From: Octopus sinensis
Lineage: Eukaryota
Assembly: GCF_006345805.1 (NCBI RefSeq)
Contig: NC_043001.1
Coordinates: 7,440,001 to 7,504,000 of the forward strand
Reading direction: 5' to 3'
Length of the DNA stretch: 64,000 bases
Shown: positions 50,389-64,000 of the stretch, in pieces
Layout of the letters: each line of letters starts with the position of its first letter
How positions within the stretch are numbered: position 1 is the stretch's first letter
The notes under the pieces: model-generated
Told to the model about the DNA's origin: nothing
The model's database searches: none
What the model saw: the letters and a program-made list of their open reading frames with translations, nothing else
Position numbers and translations under genes: made by a program

Positions 50389-51640
50389 AATAATAATATT
50401 TTCCTCCAGCATAACGCAAAAATTTCGCTTCATGTACAGTTTGAATTTCAAACATAATCATTCTATAAATATAAATATACTTTAGACTAATTAGAAATAT
50501 ATTATTAATACATTCCTGAATCTTCAAATGAGATAATCAATTTAGCGTTATATGATGTGTTGAATATATATATATATGTGTGTGTGTGTTACATCATTTT
50601 TGATATTTTTTCTCACATCCTGATACCACAAAATTGTAGCATAATCATAGAAAACTGCAATGTATTCAATGACGTTATAGTGACGTAATTATTTTCGTGC
50701 AATTCTTTCAGATGTACGAGTAAGTTTCAAACATTCTAACTTACATATTCTTTTATGTCTGGTCTTAAGAATAATAAAAAATAGAACTTTAATTCTTTTT
50801 CTGAATTTATGAAACAAAGAGACACAAATACATGTAAATATTCTCTTTTACTTTTTACATATTTTTTCGAAATCGTATACGCTATTTCTGAAAGGAAAAT
50901 GGAAATACCGTTGTTAATATATTACAAGATAGCTCTAATGTATCAAACCTGTGAGGTATTATACATCTCTTCATGTTTTAATACTTGGGTCATACATGGC
51001 TTTTTTAAATTGATACTAAGAATATTGTTGGATACAAAATCTGATCACTCGGGTTTATGTGCATCTTTTAATCCTTTGCTCACAATCGTGGTGAAAATAC
51101 AAAATGTGTGTTTTGAAACTCAGAACAATTCTTTGATTATTGAAATGACTACAGAAACTCATTCCGATGGAAGAATAGCTGAATGAGTAATTACATTTAC
51201 CATATTACTTCGCATCTCCATCGATGAAGTTTGCTTTTTATATTTTACGTGAAAAGTGTTTACCACACTTCGATAAAAAGCGTAACTTTTCTAATAATGT
51301 TGAATCACTTTTACGAAAGCTTTACTAAGCTCTTGCATAACCTTTCCATCTGCATATACTGTGAGAATGGATTTGTTTACAATGAGCTTTGGGCAACACT
51401 TTCAACATTCTGATAAAGATAGTATGTCTCCATTTTCATATCTTATTATTCTGATAGTGTGAACGACGTAATATGAGGTAAGTCATTGGTTTCAATTTTA
51501 ATAAACAATGTAATTATATTTGCCGGATATAATTGTTATAATGATTGTCAAAATGACAAAATAACAACCTAAATAATCAACACAGAAATATGGAAAGCTC
51601 CATTATAATTGATAATATAATAAAACGAATATTATATAAT

Positions 51641-51840
51641 TCTTTACTCCCCACAAGGGGCTAAACATAGAGGGGACAAACAAGGACAGACAAAGGGATT
51701 AAGTCGATTACATCGACCCCAGTGCTAAACTCGTACTTAATTTATTGACCCCGAAAGGATGAAAGGCAAAGTCGAAATACAGACGAAATACAGCTACGCA
51801 TTTCGCCCGGCGTGGTAACGTGTCTGCCAGCTCGCCACCT
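51641..51840 (-). mobile_element. tRNA-derived SINE, short family, with 18-bp target-site duplication
   Basis: TAAAACGAATATTATATA at 51621-51638 and 51841-51858; internal deletion of the B-box region. Confidence 0.92.
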
Positions 51841-52634
51841 TAAAACGAATATTATATATATATACAAACATCATTATGAAACTTATATTCATATAATAAT
51901 TTCCTATTGACACCTAAATCTATTGGCGCCAAAGTTTTCTTCTATTAAATAAATTCCGTTCCTTGACACTACAAGCATGTCATCGCCATTGACTTTGCCT
52001 TCATGATAAAGGAGCAGAAATAATAACAGCAGACTTTTTCAGATAAAAGTCATTATCATTCTTAGTTCAGGTCATGTTGAATTCTCAGACTATAAGCGAG
52101 AAATCACAAATAGCAGAAGGTGTGTAGAGGTTAAAATTCGTAACTTTAGTTGATATGTTTATCTAGGCTTTTGTGTGTGAGGCGTAGTCTCTGACTAAGT
52201 AAAAATGAAGATACTCAATGATCTGAATTTATGTTCAAGACAGCAGTAATTTAGGAAGACACCAATTTATTTCCATTTCTAGAGAAATATCATTTTCCCG
52301 TGTTAGGATAATGATGTGTCGCTGGGATATAGCAAAACACAAACGTTACGAAATTTTTCAGGCATTATCATTTATATAAAATGAGGGTAGACAACCAAGG
52401 GTCTCGAAATAATTGTAACTAGTATTCATATAAAACTATATTCATTATTCGTGTGCACATATAATAATTTATTAAAATTGAAGCTGCGTTTGGCTCTAAC
52501 ACCATAACGTCTACAACATATGCAGAACGCTCTTTTCTCATTCGCACCACATTTAGCAGCACACGTATATCCATAAATATATATATATACGCACACATAA
52601 ACACACAAATACACGCACGTGTATATATATATAT

Positions 52635-52688
<54 letters not shown>

Positions 52689-55224
52689 ATGTGTGTGTGT
52701 GTGTGTATATACATATATATGTGTGTGTTTGTATGTATGTATGTATACTTGTGTGCGTGAATGTATGGTTATTAAATGTGCAATTAACGAGTACTTAAAA
52801 TAGATGTTACTATATTTTATGGAGAATTATTAGGATGAGTAAACTGCGGAAATATTCTGAAACCTATCGTATGGATTTATATCCTCTTTGAAAGCCCATT
52901 TTCCCTTTCAAACCTATGTTCCAAGACATATTAATCGAGATATTCACAGCCATTTACTGTATTGTTTATGTTATGCCTTAAAACCATAAATATTCAAAGA
53001 CGCTAATTTGGATATATTCCCTACGGTTAAAAGAAAATTGATGCAAGCATGATCAATAAGCCTTCATTATAAAATATGTTTAAAAATATGATCTAATCGT
53101 TTACCAAATATAGCCATAGGCAGCCATATGATACAATATATATATGAATATTTCTCAGTAAATTTTCAATAATTGTTACATTATAATTTACATCATACAT
53201 TTTTTGCATGATAATTTCTATCATATTGTATAAGAACAAATAATTTATAAATTTAAAGGGAATTATCTGAAACGAATTCACTTTAGATAAATGATGATTA
53301 AAAACCGTTAAGAAAATTGATATACATATCGATTTATAAGTATAAAATAAAATAAAATGAGCACAATATATTTGCGACCTTAAAAGACGGAACTATATCT
53401 TCTATTCGTGTAGAAAGGTTGTAAAGACACCAAAATAAATTCATAGCCGTCCCCATGGATTGCTAAATGCATTTCCAGATAGAACCTACTGATTTCTTCC
53501 ATGGAAGCGAGGTCTTGTCATCTTGTCAGTTTTAAATTGCCTCACTTCTTATGTGGTAATGATGCGGAGCTGAAATGCTAGAAGTGCTTTCACCACTCAA
53601 TAGGAAACGCTCAGAACTGTTTGTCATTTTTTAACATACCTTACCTAAATTCAGAATATTTCGTCATTGAAAATTGCAGAGAAAATGCCTTATTAGTGGT
53701 CAAACATGTCCCAAACCTATTTCAACCAATCTAAAATTGCTTTTATCGCACAACCGCTTCACGCTTTACCCAGGTATCTTGGATAACATCATCAGACATT
53801 CTATCATATAATTAGTAATTTATTTTTTGGTTTTAAATGCTGCCAATATCAGTCTATCTATAATCTGTCCCTAGCATCATTGTATTCTCTAAAAACAGCA
53901 TTCGCATCACGTAGCTGAAACCTGTATGTATTTTGCCTTATCAGATTTCAGAGCAATGTAGGTATTCCTTGTATTTGTTCACCAAATTCGTATAGTATTA
54001 CAGTCAGTGACGGATATTTGCCTACATATAATGAGATAAAAGATTCTTTATTAAAGCTCGTGGCATAAAAGATGCCTGATCTTTGCATCTTGATTGCGTT
54101 GACCAGTTTAAATGTCTCAACCGCTTCATCTGCTGTCAGCTTATAATAATTGTGATGACATATCTTTGAAAATCTAAGAGTAAAAATATAAGTACAGAAA
54201 AAGGCTTCGAAGCATCCCGCTTCTATATACACTCAATTCACATTTATACCAATGATAATCGGTGGATTTGTGAATAAATGCCTCAGTGAGAGTCTGAATA
54301 AGCTAGGTTTTTCAGGAAATGATATCAACTTTATTTTGAACAGTAAAAATATGCTAGACATTTCTCAATTTTTAAATGTGACATTGGATTTGCTATTTAC
54401 TTGTGTGTGTCAATGCAATAAAAATGCTTTTTCTTTTTTTGCAGCCTTTGAGTTCATTAAACGAAACAACCAAATCTCTCCAAAATTTAGTAATTCTTAC
54501 ACCTGCATCCTGACATCATAAAGCTTATTGAATGTTGAAGAACATATACGTTAAGTCATCTTAAGTCATGTTAAGTTGTTTCATTGAAGATGACATCCAT
54601 TCTTAGCAATACGTTTTAATATGTTTCATGTTTTTGTGTATGCTTAATACAAGTGTTTTTCCTACCATTTATATAAGTTATTACAAACATTCCGGTAAAA
54701 AGACTACATTAAAAAAGTATTTAATTATTACTCCATTACGCAAGCGCTCCCTATTTTGCTTTCTTACGAACCGGAATTATTGCTGAATATTCCCGATAAC
54801 TACTGAAATATTTCTGCGGATAGATTATTCATACATAGATGAAATTAGTCGTTAGCCGCAGGAGCCACTAATATAAAGTAATGTTGTTGCCAGACATATA
54901 TCTTCGTCTCCACATGGGAGCGATAAAATTAGGTTTTCGTGTTCTTGGTCGTGAATATGTATCCGTAGCTTATACGACACAGCTTCGTTAGAGCCTGTAA
55001 TGTAATTTCATGAACTCGTATTTATTATTTCAGGTGAGTTTGCATAGAAACATATAATCATTAGTTCTTACAATATAGAGTAAACATATGTAACTACTTG
55101 GCATCTCAATGTTGGGCAAATGCAACGGCAAAATTACTTCGATTACTTACACTCAAATCACAGATGTGAGTCTATGAATTCTGATCCTCTTTCTCGCTCT
55201 CTTTTCTCTTTCGGTCGACACCAA

Positions 55225-55887
55225 ATCGCAGCAGAGTCCCTCAAAAGGTTGTACTAGCACGAAAATTGTTTGTGGTTCCCCTCTAAAATATGCTCTCGGT
55301 CACAGAGTCAGTAACTCGTACCTGCTATTACGACGATAGAAAACTATCAGAAGTGGTCAAAGAACCTGGTTGCATACTGAAACTGCAAAACAATTTGAGT
55401 ACAATTTACAAATGGCTTCATGAGAAGAACATGGAGTTCAATGCTGAGCAGTTTCAGATACTCTAATACCAATCTAATCGGAATACACACGACCAGCAGT
55501 TAGCGGAAACTCTGACACAGAATCAATGGGAGATCTGAGAATTCACATGAGTAATGGTACAATATTCCACATTGCCATAATGGCAATATACCATAATACC
55601 TATATTGCCATGATGGCAACGCTATTCAGGTATGTAGCTCGATAGATCATCCAGAAAGAGAGAAAAGAATAAAATGCTACTACGATATACAACTTTTGTT
55701 GTCAGTTTTCCTAGGTTACTGCCAAGAGCTGTGGCCACCTTTTAGCGTCAAATTGGTAGCTGAACGTAAGACAATCTAGCGCCATTGCACAAACACGTTT
55801 GATTCAGGGAAACAGAAGAGCTATTTTGTTGGGTGAAAGGAAGCTGAAACCTCAAGGGAAATGTCTGAAAGATATGCAGTGATATAT

Positions 55888-55919
<32 letters not shown>

Positions 55920-56170
55920 ATATATATATATATATTATATATATATATGGAAGATCCTTGAAGGTCAAACGCCCAACTTTGTAATTGAAAGCTATGCAAA
56001 CCACTGAAATGGACGGTACTGCATAGCACCAAAGAGCCTGTCTTCCCCACCTTAGAATTAGGGCCCAGTACTGTAATAATTTGGGTTTAAAGGGTCCACA
56101 AATGTTCAACATTCTGCCAACTGGCCTAAGAGATTTTCGATGTGTTGAGCAAATTTTCATCTGAGATTTT
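55225..56170 (+). mobile_element. decayed CR1-group LINE RT/C-terminal fragment
   Basis: VPQK...YYDDRKL...LQNNLSTIYKWLHEKNMEFNAEQFQIL and NNLGLKGPQMFNILPTGLRD; interrupted by (TA)n. Confidence 0.8.
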
Positions 56171-56546
56171 TCATGAGGCTACATCACGACGGAAGAGAAA
56201 ACGGAGAGAAGTTCTTTCTAATTCGTCACTTCCCCAGAGAAGAAGGCCAAATGCTCTAGCATATAGTGCTCCAGTATGGCTGCAGCTTGTGGGTGCGACG
56301 AGTAAACATGGGAAAAAGTATGCATATATAAATACATACATACGTAACTGCACACGTGTTTACATATATACGTTAATACAAATGTATATTATCCGAATAA
56401 ATCTCTTTCTCCCATAAACGCGGAATCCTTAGCACTGACTAAATACATAAACATCAACACAAGAAATAACTGTGGTTGTTTACCGTACACATTTCGACGA
56501 AATGCAAACATAAGAGGCCAGATATTGTGGTTTGGAACAGACAAGA

Positions 56547-56613
<67 letters not shown>

Positions 56614-56912
56614 GAGGGATTCTTTGGGGTTTGAATAATTCACCTCTGGAAACATGGGTATTTCTTTCAACATCCTTAAACAACCCTTATTCAGGGACCG
56701 TTTGAGCGGGATGGGCTACTCAACCTGAAGAAAATTCTAACTGGGCCTCACCTGCAAGGTCATGTGCTGTTTATCTTGATATGAAATCACCATGTCGTGC
56801 ACATATGGTTGTGATGCATGTGCCTGGTGTACCCTTATCAGACGGGTAATCTTGATGGCTTCGTATATTTCCCCCCAGTGTCACTTTGATGGCATGAACT
56901 GCTCTCTCACTC
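56614..56912 (+). mobile_element. non-coding retroposon 3' fragment in (AAT)n (probable R4/Dong-type 3' UTR), copy 1
   Basis: (AAT)n on both sides; ends ...GCTCTCTCACTC-(AAT)n; repeated at 57405-57713. Confidence 0.75.
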
Positions 56913-57014
56913 AATAATAATAATAATAACAATAATAATAATAATAATGATGATAATGATAATAAAGTTAATAATGATGATGATAATAATAGTAAGAGTA
57001 ATAATAATAGTAGC

Positions 57015-57048
<34 letters not shown>

Positions 57049-57051
57049 TTT

Positions 57052-57087
<36 letters not shown>

Positions 57088-57094
57088 GTAGTAT

Positions 57095-57138
<44 letters not shown>

Positions 57139-57182
57139 CTATTAATAATAATAATAATAATAAGAAGAATAAGAATAAGAAG

Positions 57183-57713
57183 AAGAAGTGTTATCATGTA
57201 CATTGTTTTGTAAGAAGTGTTATCATGTACATTGTTTTGTCTTGGTATAAAAGATGGGCTACAGCAAATATTCTGCTCAATACCACAGATTTGCTTGTCA
57301 GTTGTTTGACCTTAACCAGTTGAGCATGTCCCTTAGTGGCTGACGATATGTGCATCTCTGATCACGAGCAGAAGTAGTGGGGGAGCATCATAGCCATGTG
57401 TTGAGAGGGATTCTTTGGGGTTTGAATAGTTCACCTCTGGAAACATGGGTGGTTCTTTCAACATCCTTAAACAACCCTTATTCAGGGACCGTTTGAGCGG
57501 GATGGGCTACTCAACCTGAAGAAAATTCTAACTGGGCCCCACCTGCAAGGTCATGTGCTGTTTATCTTGATATGAGATCACCATGTCGCGCACATATGGT
57601 TGTGATGCATGTGCCTGGTGTACCTTTATCAGACGGGTAGTCATGATGGGTATATTGGGCTTCGTATATTTTACCCCAGTGTCACTTTGATGGCATGAAC
57701 TGCTCTCTCACTC
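57183..57713 (+). mobile_element. same (AAT)n-associated retroposon, longer copy 2
   Basis: Shares its 3' ~300 bp with copy 1; 29-nt tandem duplication at the 5' junction; (AAT)n tail. Confidence 0.75.
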
Positions 57714-58929
57714 AATAATAATAATAATAATATTTCAGTTGTCCTGCTCTTTTGAAAGTCTCCTCGACAATCAAAGGGAAAGTTGAAACTGCTTTCCCAC
57801 TACGAGAGGTTGGGTAAAACCTGAAAAACCGCATTTCAGTGCATTTGTGTTTCTTTCCCCTACTGTTTATGGTGAAGTAGAGAGGTGAAAGGATCTTCTT
57901 TATCTTACGTGCCGCAATTTCGATTAATCACATGGTGAAAAAAAAAAGTGTTCTTCACTCACTCTTTGAAATCTATATCCACAACTCGCAAATCTCTGGG
58001 TTTGTTTGGCAGAACGTTGGACAGTTGTAGACTCCTGAAACCGATTCGAAATGGAGTAGACGAGATCTTTAGTGCTGTTCAATGCTTTTCATTTCAGAGG
58101 TTGGTATATATTTCAAATCCCGAGTTGGGAGCTAGACCCATATAGATCTTCATTATGTATAACATTGCATATCTTGCACACCTCTTTACGGAGTAGAACT
58201 TCAAATCCGTTAGCCTTTCCTAGTCGAGCCTCCAAATCCACATAGAGAAAAGTTGTTTGCGTAACGGCGCCCGACGTTACGCTACCAATTCAACTCACTC
58301 TCATTACTACAGTTAGGAGCTAATATAGCAAAATTAGATACGACGAAGGAGAAGATTTTGAGGTTAAATATACAGAATCTCTTCACGCTGTCATTTGCAT
58401 ATCATAGATTATGTAGTTTTAACAATGCCTTTGTTTATAAATATTCAAAGAATATCTCGTACCTATAATCATAATGAGACACATTCTAGATTCTATAAGT
58501 TTGTCGTGTTGTCCTGAAAACCACATTTTCCTATGTGCTTTTTTTTCGGTGGAATGCAGTTTTAATTTGAATATGTTATTCGGCAATATACCACATGTCA
58601 TGTGACCCTCTTTTACCATTCATTTTTTTCCCTCTTTTCAGGAGTGTCCGTCACAAATTCGATGATGTAGACGGATTTATTGATACATAGATTAGTAATG
58701 TTCCTGAAGATAATAGAAAAATACGAGGGAATCATTATTAATGTCATGATGATCATACATACGTATTGATTCATTCACTAGACCAAAAAGAAAATCATAA
58801 AACAGAAAATTATACCAGACAAGTAGGATATTTCGATAATTGTCACAAAAGAAGAGGAATAATTTTATCGCTCGAATATTTGGTATCATCTATCATGACC
58901 AATAATTGTTATCTACTACATGTACGGAT

Positions 58930-59054
<125 letters not shown>

Positions 59055-59070
59055 ATATAATATATATATA

Positions 59071-59102
<32 letters not shown>

Positions 59103-60955
59103 GTATAACATATATATTATATATATATTTATACATATATATATATATTGATACAAGAAAATACTGATACTAATAAAACGTATTCCTATTACAATGACAG
59201 TAATATAAGTGAAAATCTTTCTCGCATATAATTTTACATATGAGATTTTAGAGAGGATCAATTCCTAAATAGCAATTTTGTGACAGTTTATTTTGTGTGT
59301 CTTTCTTATCTTCTGTTTGAATGCAGACTGCTGTTGTGTGTGTGCTTATATTTGGCTCCTGATAAAATGTCATTTGTATGCTCATTGCTAAATTACACAT
59401 ACGAGAGTAAAAACCCATGTTTTAGGGATATTCAGGCATGCATTATTTAAATTTCTTGCCTGATTTTAAATGATTGAGAGAATAATTTTTTCTTTCATAT
59501 AAATGATAAAATGAAAGAAAGGAAGAGTCATCTCTCTATTAGTAACCAGAGGATCATATACTTCTTTATAATTACTGCCGCAATAAATGTGACATGTGAA
59601 TAGTCAGGGAAAGGGGAAAAATTGCAGACAAATCCCCTTGAAGTTACTCCTTGAACTCAGGTCCATTATTGTAACGGTTTTTCCTGAACAGTTTCTTGTT
59701 CGGATTTGCCTGTATCTGAACATATAAAACACATTTTGGAGAAAATAGTAAAATAGATAAATGGCAATGTCTGCTGTCTCAAATGTATGTATTCGATATA
59801 ATTTAAACTTTGAAATTTAAATTAATCCATCCTCTAGTTTAAAGGCATCCGTGGAAAAAGTTTGGATGAAGGGAATTTAATCACCTCACAGTAAATCAGG
59901 GGAAATATATTGAGTCTATAGTAATTCCATTTCTTCCTCTATTAGATATATCAATGTTCTCTCGCAGATCACGTTGCCAAAGTGTATGATGTCTTGTAAA
60001 ATGTGTTTGAGCATCTGCATTTCCAAAGGGATCTTTTTAAGCATTTAATTAGTAATTTAGTTCATTGTGGAGATATGTAGACATGTATTTCAATTATACT
60101 TCTTTTGCCAGGAGCATCCCACATATAGACGTGTATAAGATTGAAAAAACATGGCGTGAGGTTTCTCCGACAAAAGATTAAGAAAATGATTGAATATATT
60201 TACAGCGTGCAAATTTTTTAAGATTGTATATTGTTCCAACTTTTGCAGCAAAATTTTGCTTCGTGAATCGAAAATTGCTTCAGCCACAATTGTTAGAGTT
60301 TAGACATTGAAAAAAATATAAGAATTCAAACAATTAATTAGTCATAATCTTTTCGTCAGACAAGACATTGCAACAACCTCGCCACCACCAAAAAATAAAT
60401 AAATAAAATAAGAAAATAATTAAAAAAAAACTGTAAAAATGCGGTCGAATGAATAGCTGCCGAAGTTAGAAACTTAGAATTGCCATAATATTAAGTTTTT
60501 TTTTTTTAAATAATACATTGTCACAGATGTATATCATTATATCCGCCGCTTAAAGCCAAATATACAAACAGGACAGGGGCATATTTCTGTTGCAGTTTCC
60601 TATAACTTTCATTATATGAATAACCTATCTGTTGAAAATTTCTAATTTGAAACTGAAGATGTCACTGCATTTTAAATTAATCTGCTTGCATAGCTCGATT
60701 AAATGGAGCCACCTGAAACGGGCATATTGCATTAATACCTTGACTTCCTTGTTACTTTATATATACATATACTCGCTTCTTTATTAAACCAAGATTAACA
60801 TCACAAGAAAATTGATATTCAGATTTCCATGGAAATGCGAAACTTTGACTAACTCTTTTGATGTTCTTGGAACGTTAATAAATGTGCATATTACTCTACT
60901 TTGAGTATTCGGGAACTATTTTCTGCTACCTGGTTTTGAGTTTGAGTACTCATTC

Positions 60956-61028
<73 letters not shown>

Positions 61029-61100
61029 TGTGTGTATATGTGTGTATTTCTTTATACATAAATATATATATACATATGTATGTATATCTATTTAAATATA

Positions 61101-61282
61101 TATTTCTTTACTACCCACAAGGGGCTAAACATAAAGGGAACAAACAAGGGGATTAAGCCGATTTCATCGACCCCAGTGCGTAACTGGTACTTTATTTATC
61201 GACCCCGAAATGATGAAAGGCAAATTCGACCTCGGCGGAATTTGAACTCAGAGCATAACGGCAGACGAAATACCGCAAAGCA
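61101..61282 (-). mobile_element. tRNA-derived SINE, short family, 5'-truncated
   Basis: Reverse complement of the 10524-type consensus. Confidence 0.88.
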
Positions 61283-62077
61283 ATGTAGATGTATATATAC
61301 GCGTTTATACATATTATATATATAATTATACACAGACACATATATCACTCCCCCCCCCATATATATATATATATATAAATATATACGCATATATATACAT
61401 ATGCATATATATATACGTGTGTATGTCGTTGAGTTCTTCAGTTTACAACCAGCCATAACTTGACAATTCCTTTGTTGCCTCTATGAAGCTTCGGGGTTCG
61501 GCGAAAATGCCTGACTTTACAAGCGTACTGAGATCAACATGGACCATGAAACCAGTGGTCGAACAAGACATTAATCCAATAGCTTCAACGGGTATGATAT
61601 CAAAGATGTACCATTGCTTATTCCATACCAATAAGATTATGAAGAATGTTTTAGCCTTATTCTATATGATCAGAATGGGACAAACCTTCTTTAGTCACTG
61701 ACCTCTATGTGAGCCTGTGAGTCTAGTGTATCATATTGGTCCTATGATGCCGATTCTCTCATACAATTACTTGATTTATAACTAGGCTACACCACAAGAA
61801 AATATATTGAATTCAGAATTTTAAAATTGCAACTATATTTAATCAATTGCCGAACGTGTGGAATTTTTATTTGATATATTTAATTTATTTTTGTCTGTTT
61901 GCGAATATCTGTTAAAAGTGCACCATAAATTTCCCGAAAACACGATAGCTGTGTGTTCTCGTTGGACAACAATGAAGGCATATTAAATTTAACCTGATGA
62001 CAGTTATTACTAAAGATTACAATTACAAACACACACATTTAAAATGATAGTCGTTCATGTATGTATGTACATATGCA

Positions 62078-62113
<36 letters not shown>

Positions 62114-62570
62114 TCTAGTTATGTATGTAGGCGTGTGTATGAAGATACACACATACACATACAAACACACGCACACACACACACACATATATATATATAT
62201 AATATATATGTAATATATATATACACATACATATATGCACAGACACAAACACATATATGCACATGCAGGAACGTCTATATCTGTCAATCAATATATATGT
62301 GAAGTGATGCATGTATGTATATATGTAGGTATGTATGTAAGTATGTATACGGCGTACATACAGACGTACCATACTTTTGCATACGTAGTTTTATATATCT
62401 ATCTATCAACCTCTCTTTTATTTCAGGTGGTGTTTTGTACTTACTAGAAATGAACTGAATTATTTTGTGAGAGGGGGCATTTGATTGCATAAAGTCCATT
62501 GCTCAACTGCTACTAATTTAACGAACCCGATGCGACGATGAAGGAACAAACTGAACTCGGGGAAATGAAG

Positions 62571-62702
62571 CACATCGACCCTAACACTGAACTGGTACTA
62601 ATTTTACTCAACTAGGGAGCAACAAATTCGACCTGGCAGTATTTCAAACGAAAACACAAAGACGTACTAAATTCTGTTAAGCATTTTATTCGGCATGCTA
62701 GG
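62571..62702 (-). mobile_element. diverged short-family SINE fragment
   Basis: CACATCGACCC..CACTGAACTGGTAC...AAATTCGACCT...AAGCATTTT.TTCGGCATGCTAG; a similar 5' piece lies at ~63536-63590. Confidence 0.55.
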
Positions 62703-62718
62703 TGGCTACAATTGCTAC

Positions 62719-63520
62719 ATGTTGCATATGGACGATCTCAGGCTGTATAACGTAAAGATGAACAACTGAAGATATTACTAGAGGCAATGCATGAATTTAC
62801 CAAAGATATAAATATGAAATTCGGTTTAGAAAATTAGCTGAAATCAATCTTGAGTAGAAGAAACCTAATTCACAAAACAATATCAAACTAGGTAAAGGAA
62901 ACGAAATAAAAGAACCAACCAGACATTTTCATACTCAGAGCTCAACTGTAATAATCAAAGTAAAACTAAGGAAGCTCTCTTAGTTGTAATTTACATTTAC
63001 ACTATTCTTAATAGGATGCAAATGTAATAGCGAAACTATAGAATGCGCCACCCAAACACTGGCATAGAAAGCTTACATATGCGATGAAATGATGGTGGGT
63101 GACCGTAGCCTTATATCACTAGAAAATCTATTATTAAGTATGCGGCATAGAACAGAAAACCAAGGAAAACTAATACAAATACACACAAATCATGATAAAA
63201 ACAAAAACAAAATTTGTCTTCAGGCAAGACGAAAATGAAAGGAAAGTATCATAATACCCGATAACTACGGAGGGAAATAGAGAAATATTACAAGGCGTAA
63301 AGCAACGAAAATCTAAGCTAAAACGGGAGCTATAAAGCATGCAGCCCACTGATATCACAGATTTGAGACTTATAAACACTGCAAGGTATGGAAAAAATTG
63401 TATAGACATACCCTAGAAAATGACTCGTAAAATGGGAAAGCAACCATCATCTTGGTTATCACAGAGAGAGAGATTAAGACGAATAGGCCAGGAACAATTG
63501 GCAGGTATCACCAAGAAAAA
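62719..63520 (+). mobile_element. decayed R4/Dong-type RT fragment
   Basis: MLHMDDLRLY...HEFTKDINMKFGLE (equivalent to YMDDLKLY), followed by degenerate downstream motifs. Confidence 0.65.
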
Positions 63521-63827
63521 AAAATGTCTTTTACCCGAAAACACAAAGACGTACGAAATCGTGTTAAGTATTTTGTCCGGCATGCTTAGTGGATACAACT
63601 GCTATATCATTTTTACGCCCCACACTTCCCAGGGGGATCAAGGAAATCCTGCTTTTGTGACTTTTCACGGGCAGACGTAGGTAGTTTCCCGCTTTTTGAT
63701 ATTTAGTTTGTAATGTTTTTATTGCTATTAACTTTTTACGCGATGAAAATGCCACACATTTTGCGTTCCGTTGTCCTGTGATGTCTCCAATCTTTTATAT
63801 AAACCATCAGCGATGTAAATCGAAGAG

Positions 63828-64000
63828 ATTATTATTATTATCATTATTATTATTATTATTATTATTATTGCTACTACTACTATTATTATTATTATTATTA
63901 TTGCTACTACTACTACTATTAATATTATTATTATTATTATTATTATTGCTACTACTACTATTATTATTATTATATTATTATTATTATTATTATTATTATT
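63828..64000. repeat. (ATT)n/(ACT)n trinucleotide array
   Basis: Direct runs to the window end. Confidence 0.97.

Noticed and set aside
53400-54520. Unique-looking block with short ORFs (53948-54232, 54252-54521), possible old transposase
   Set aside because: No recognisable DDE, RT or other motif.

Overview
AT-rich, microsatellite-saturated animal DNA. The SINE, LINE and simple-repeat landscape resembles octopus/cephalopod genomes (inference, not a database result). No host protein-coding gene can be supported; almost all six-frame ORFs are (TA)n/(CA)n/(ATT)n artefacts. The window is a transposon graveyard: a ~3 kb frameshifted CR1-group LINE (APE+RT) plus several 3' fragments, R4/Dong-type RLE LINE remnants beside (TAA)n arrays, three tRNA-derived SINE families, mariner-like MITEs, a duplicated non-autonomous Helitron, and a Neptune-type Penelope-like element (PLE) fragment with a GIY-YIG domain between inverted pseudo-LTRs. 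The most interesting signal, found by reading the sequence by hand, is a set of six different short repeat families that each carry a minimal type I hammerhead ribozyme (HHR) fold with a self-complementary stem III. These include a 744-bp near-perfect palindrome with two identical HHRs with intact cores pointing outward (32037-32780) and an HHR with an apparently compensatory U3-A8 core (23206-23250, 26562-26605). One SINE family shares a covarying 3' stem-loop tail with the CR1-group LINE. Coordinates were counted by hand and element boundaries may be off by a few bases.
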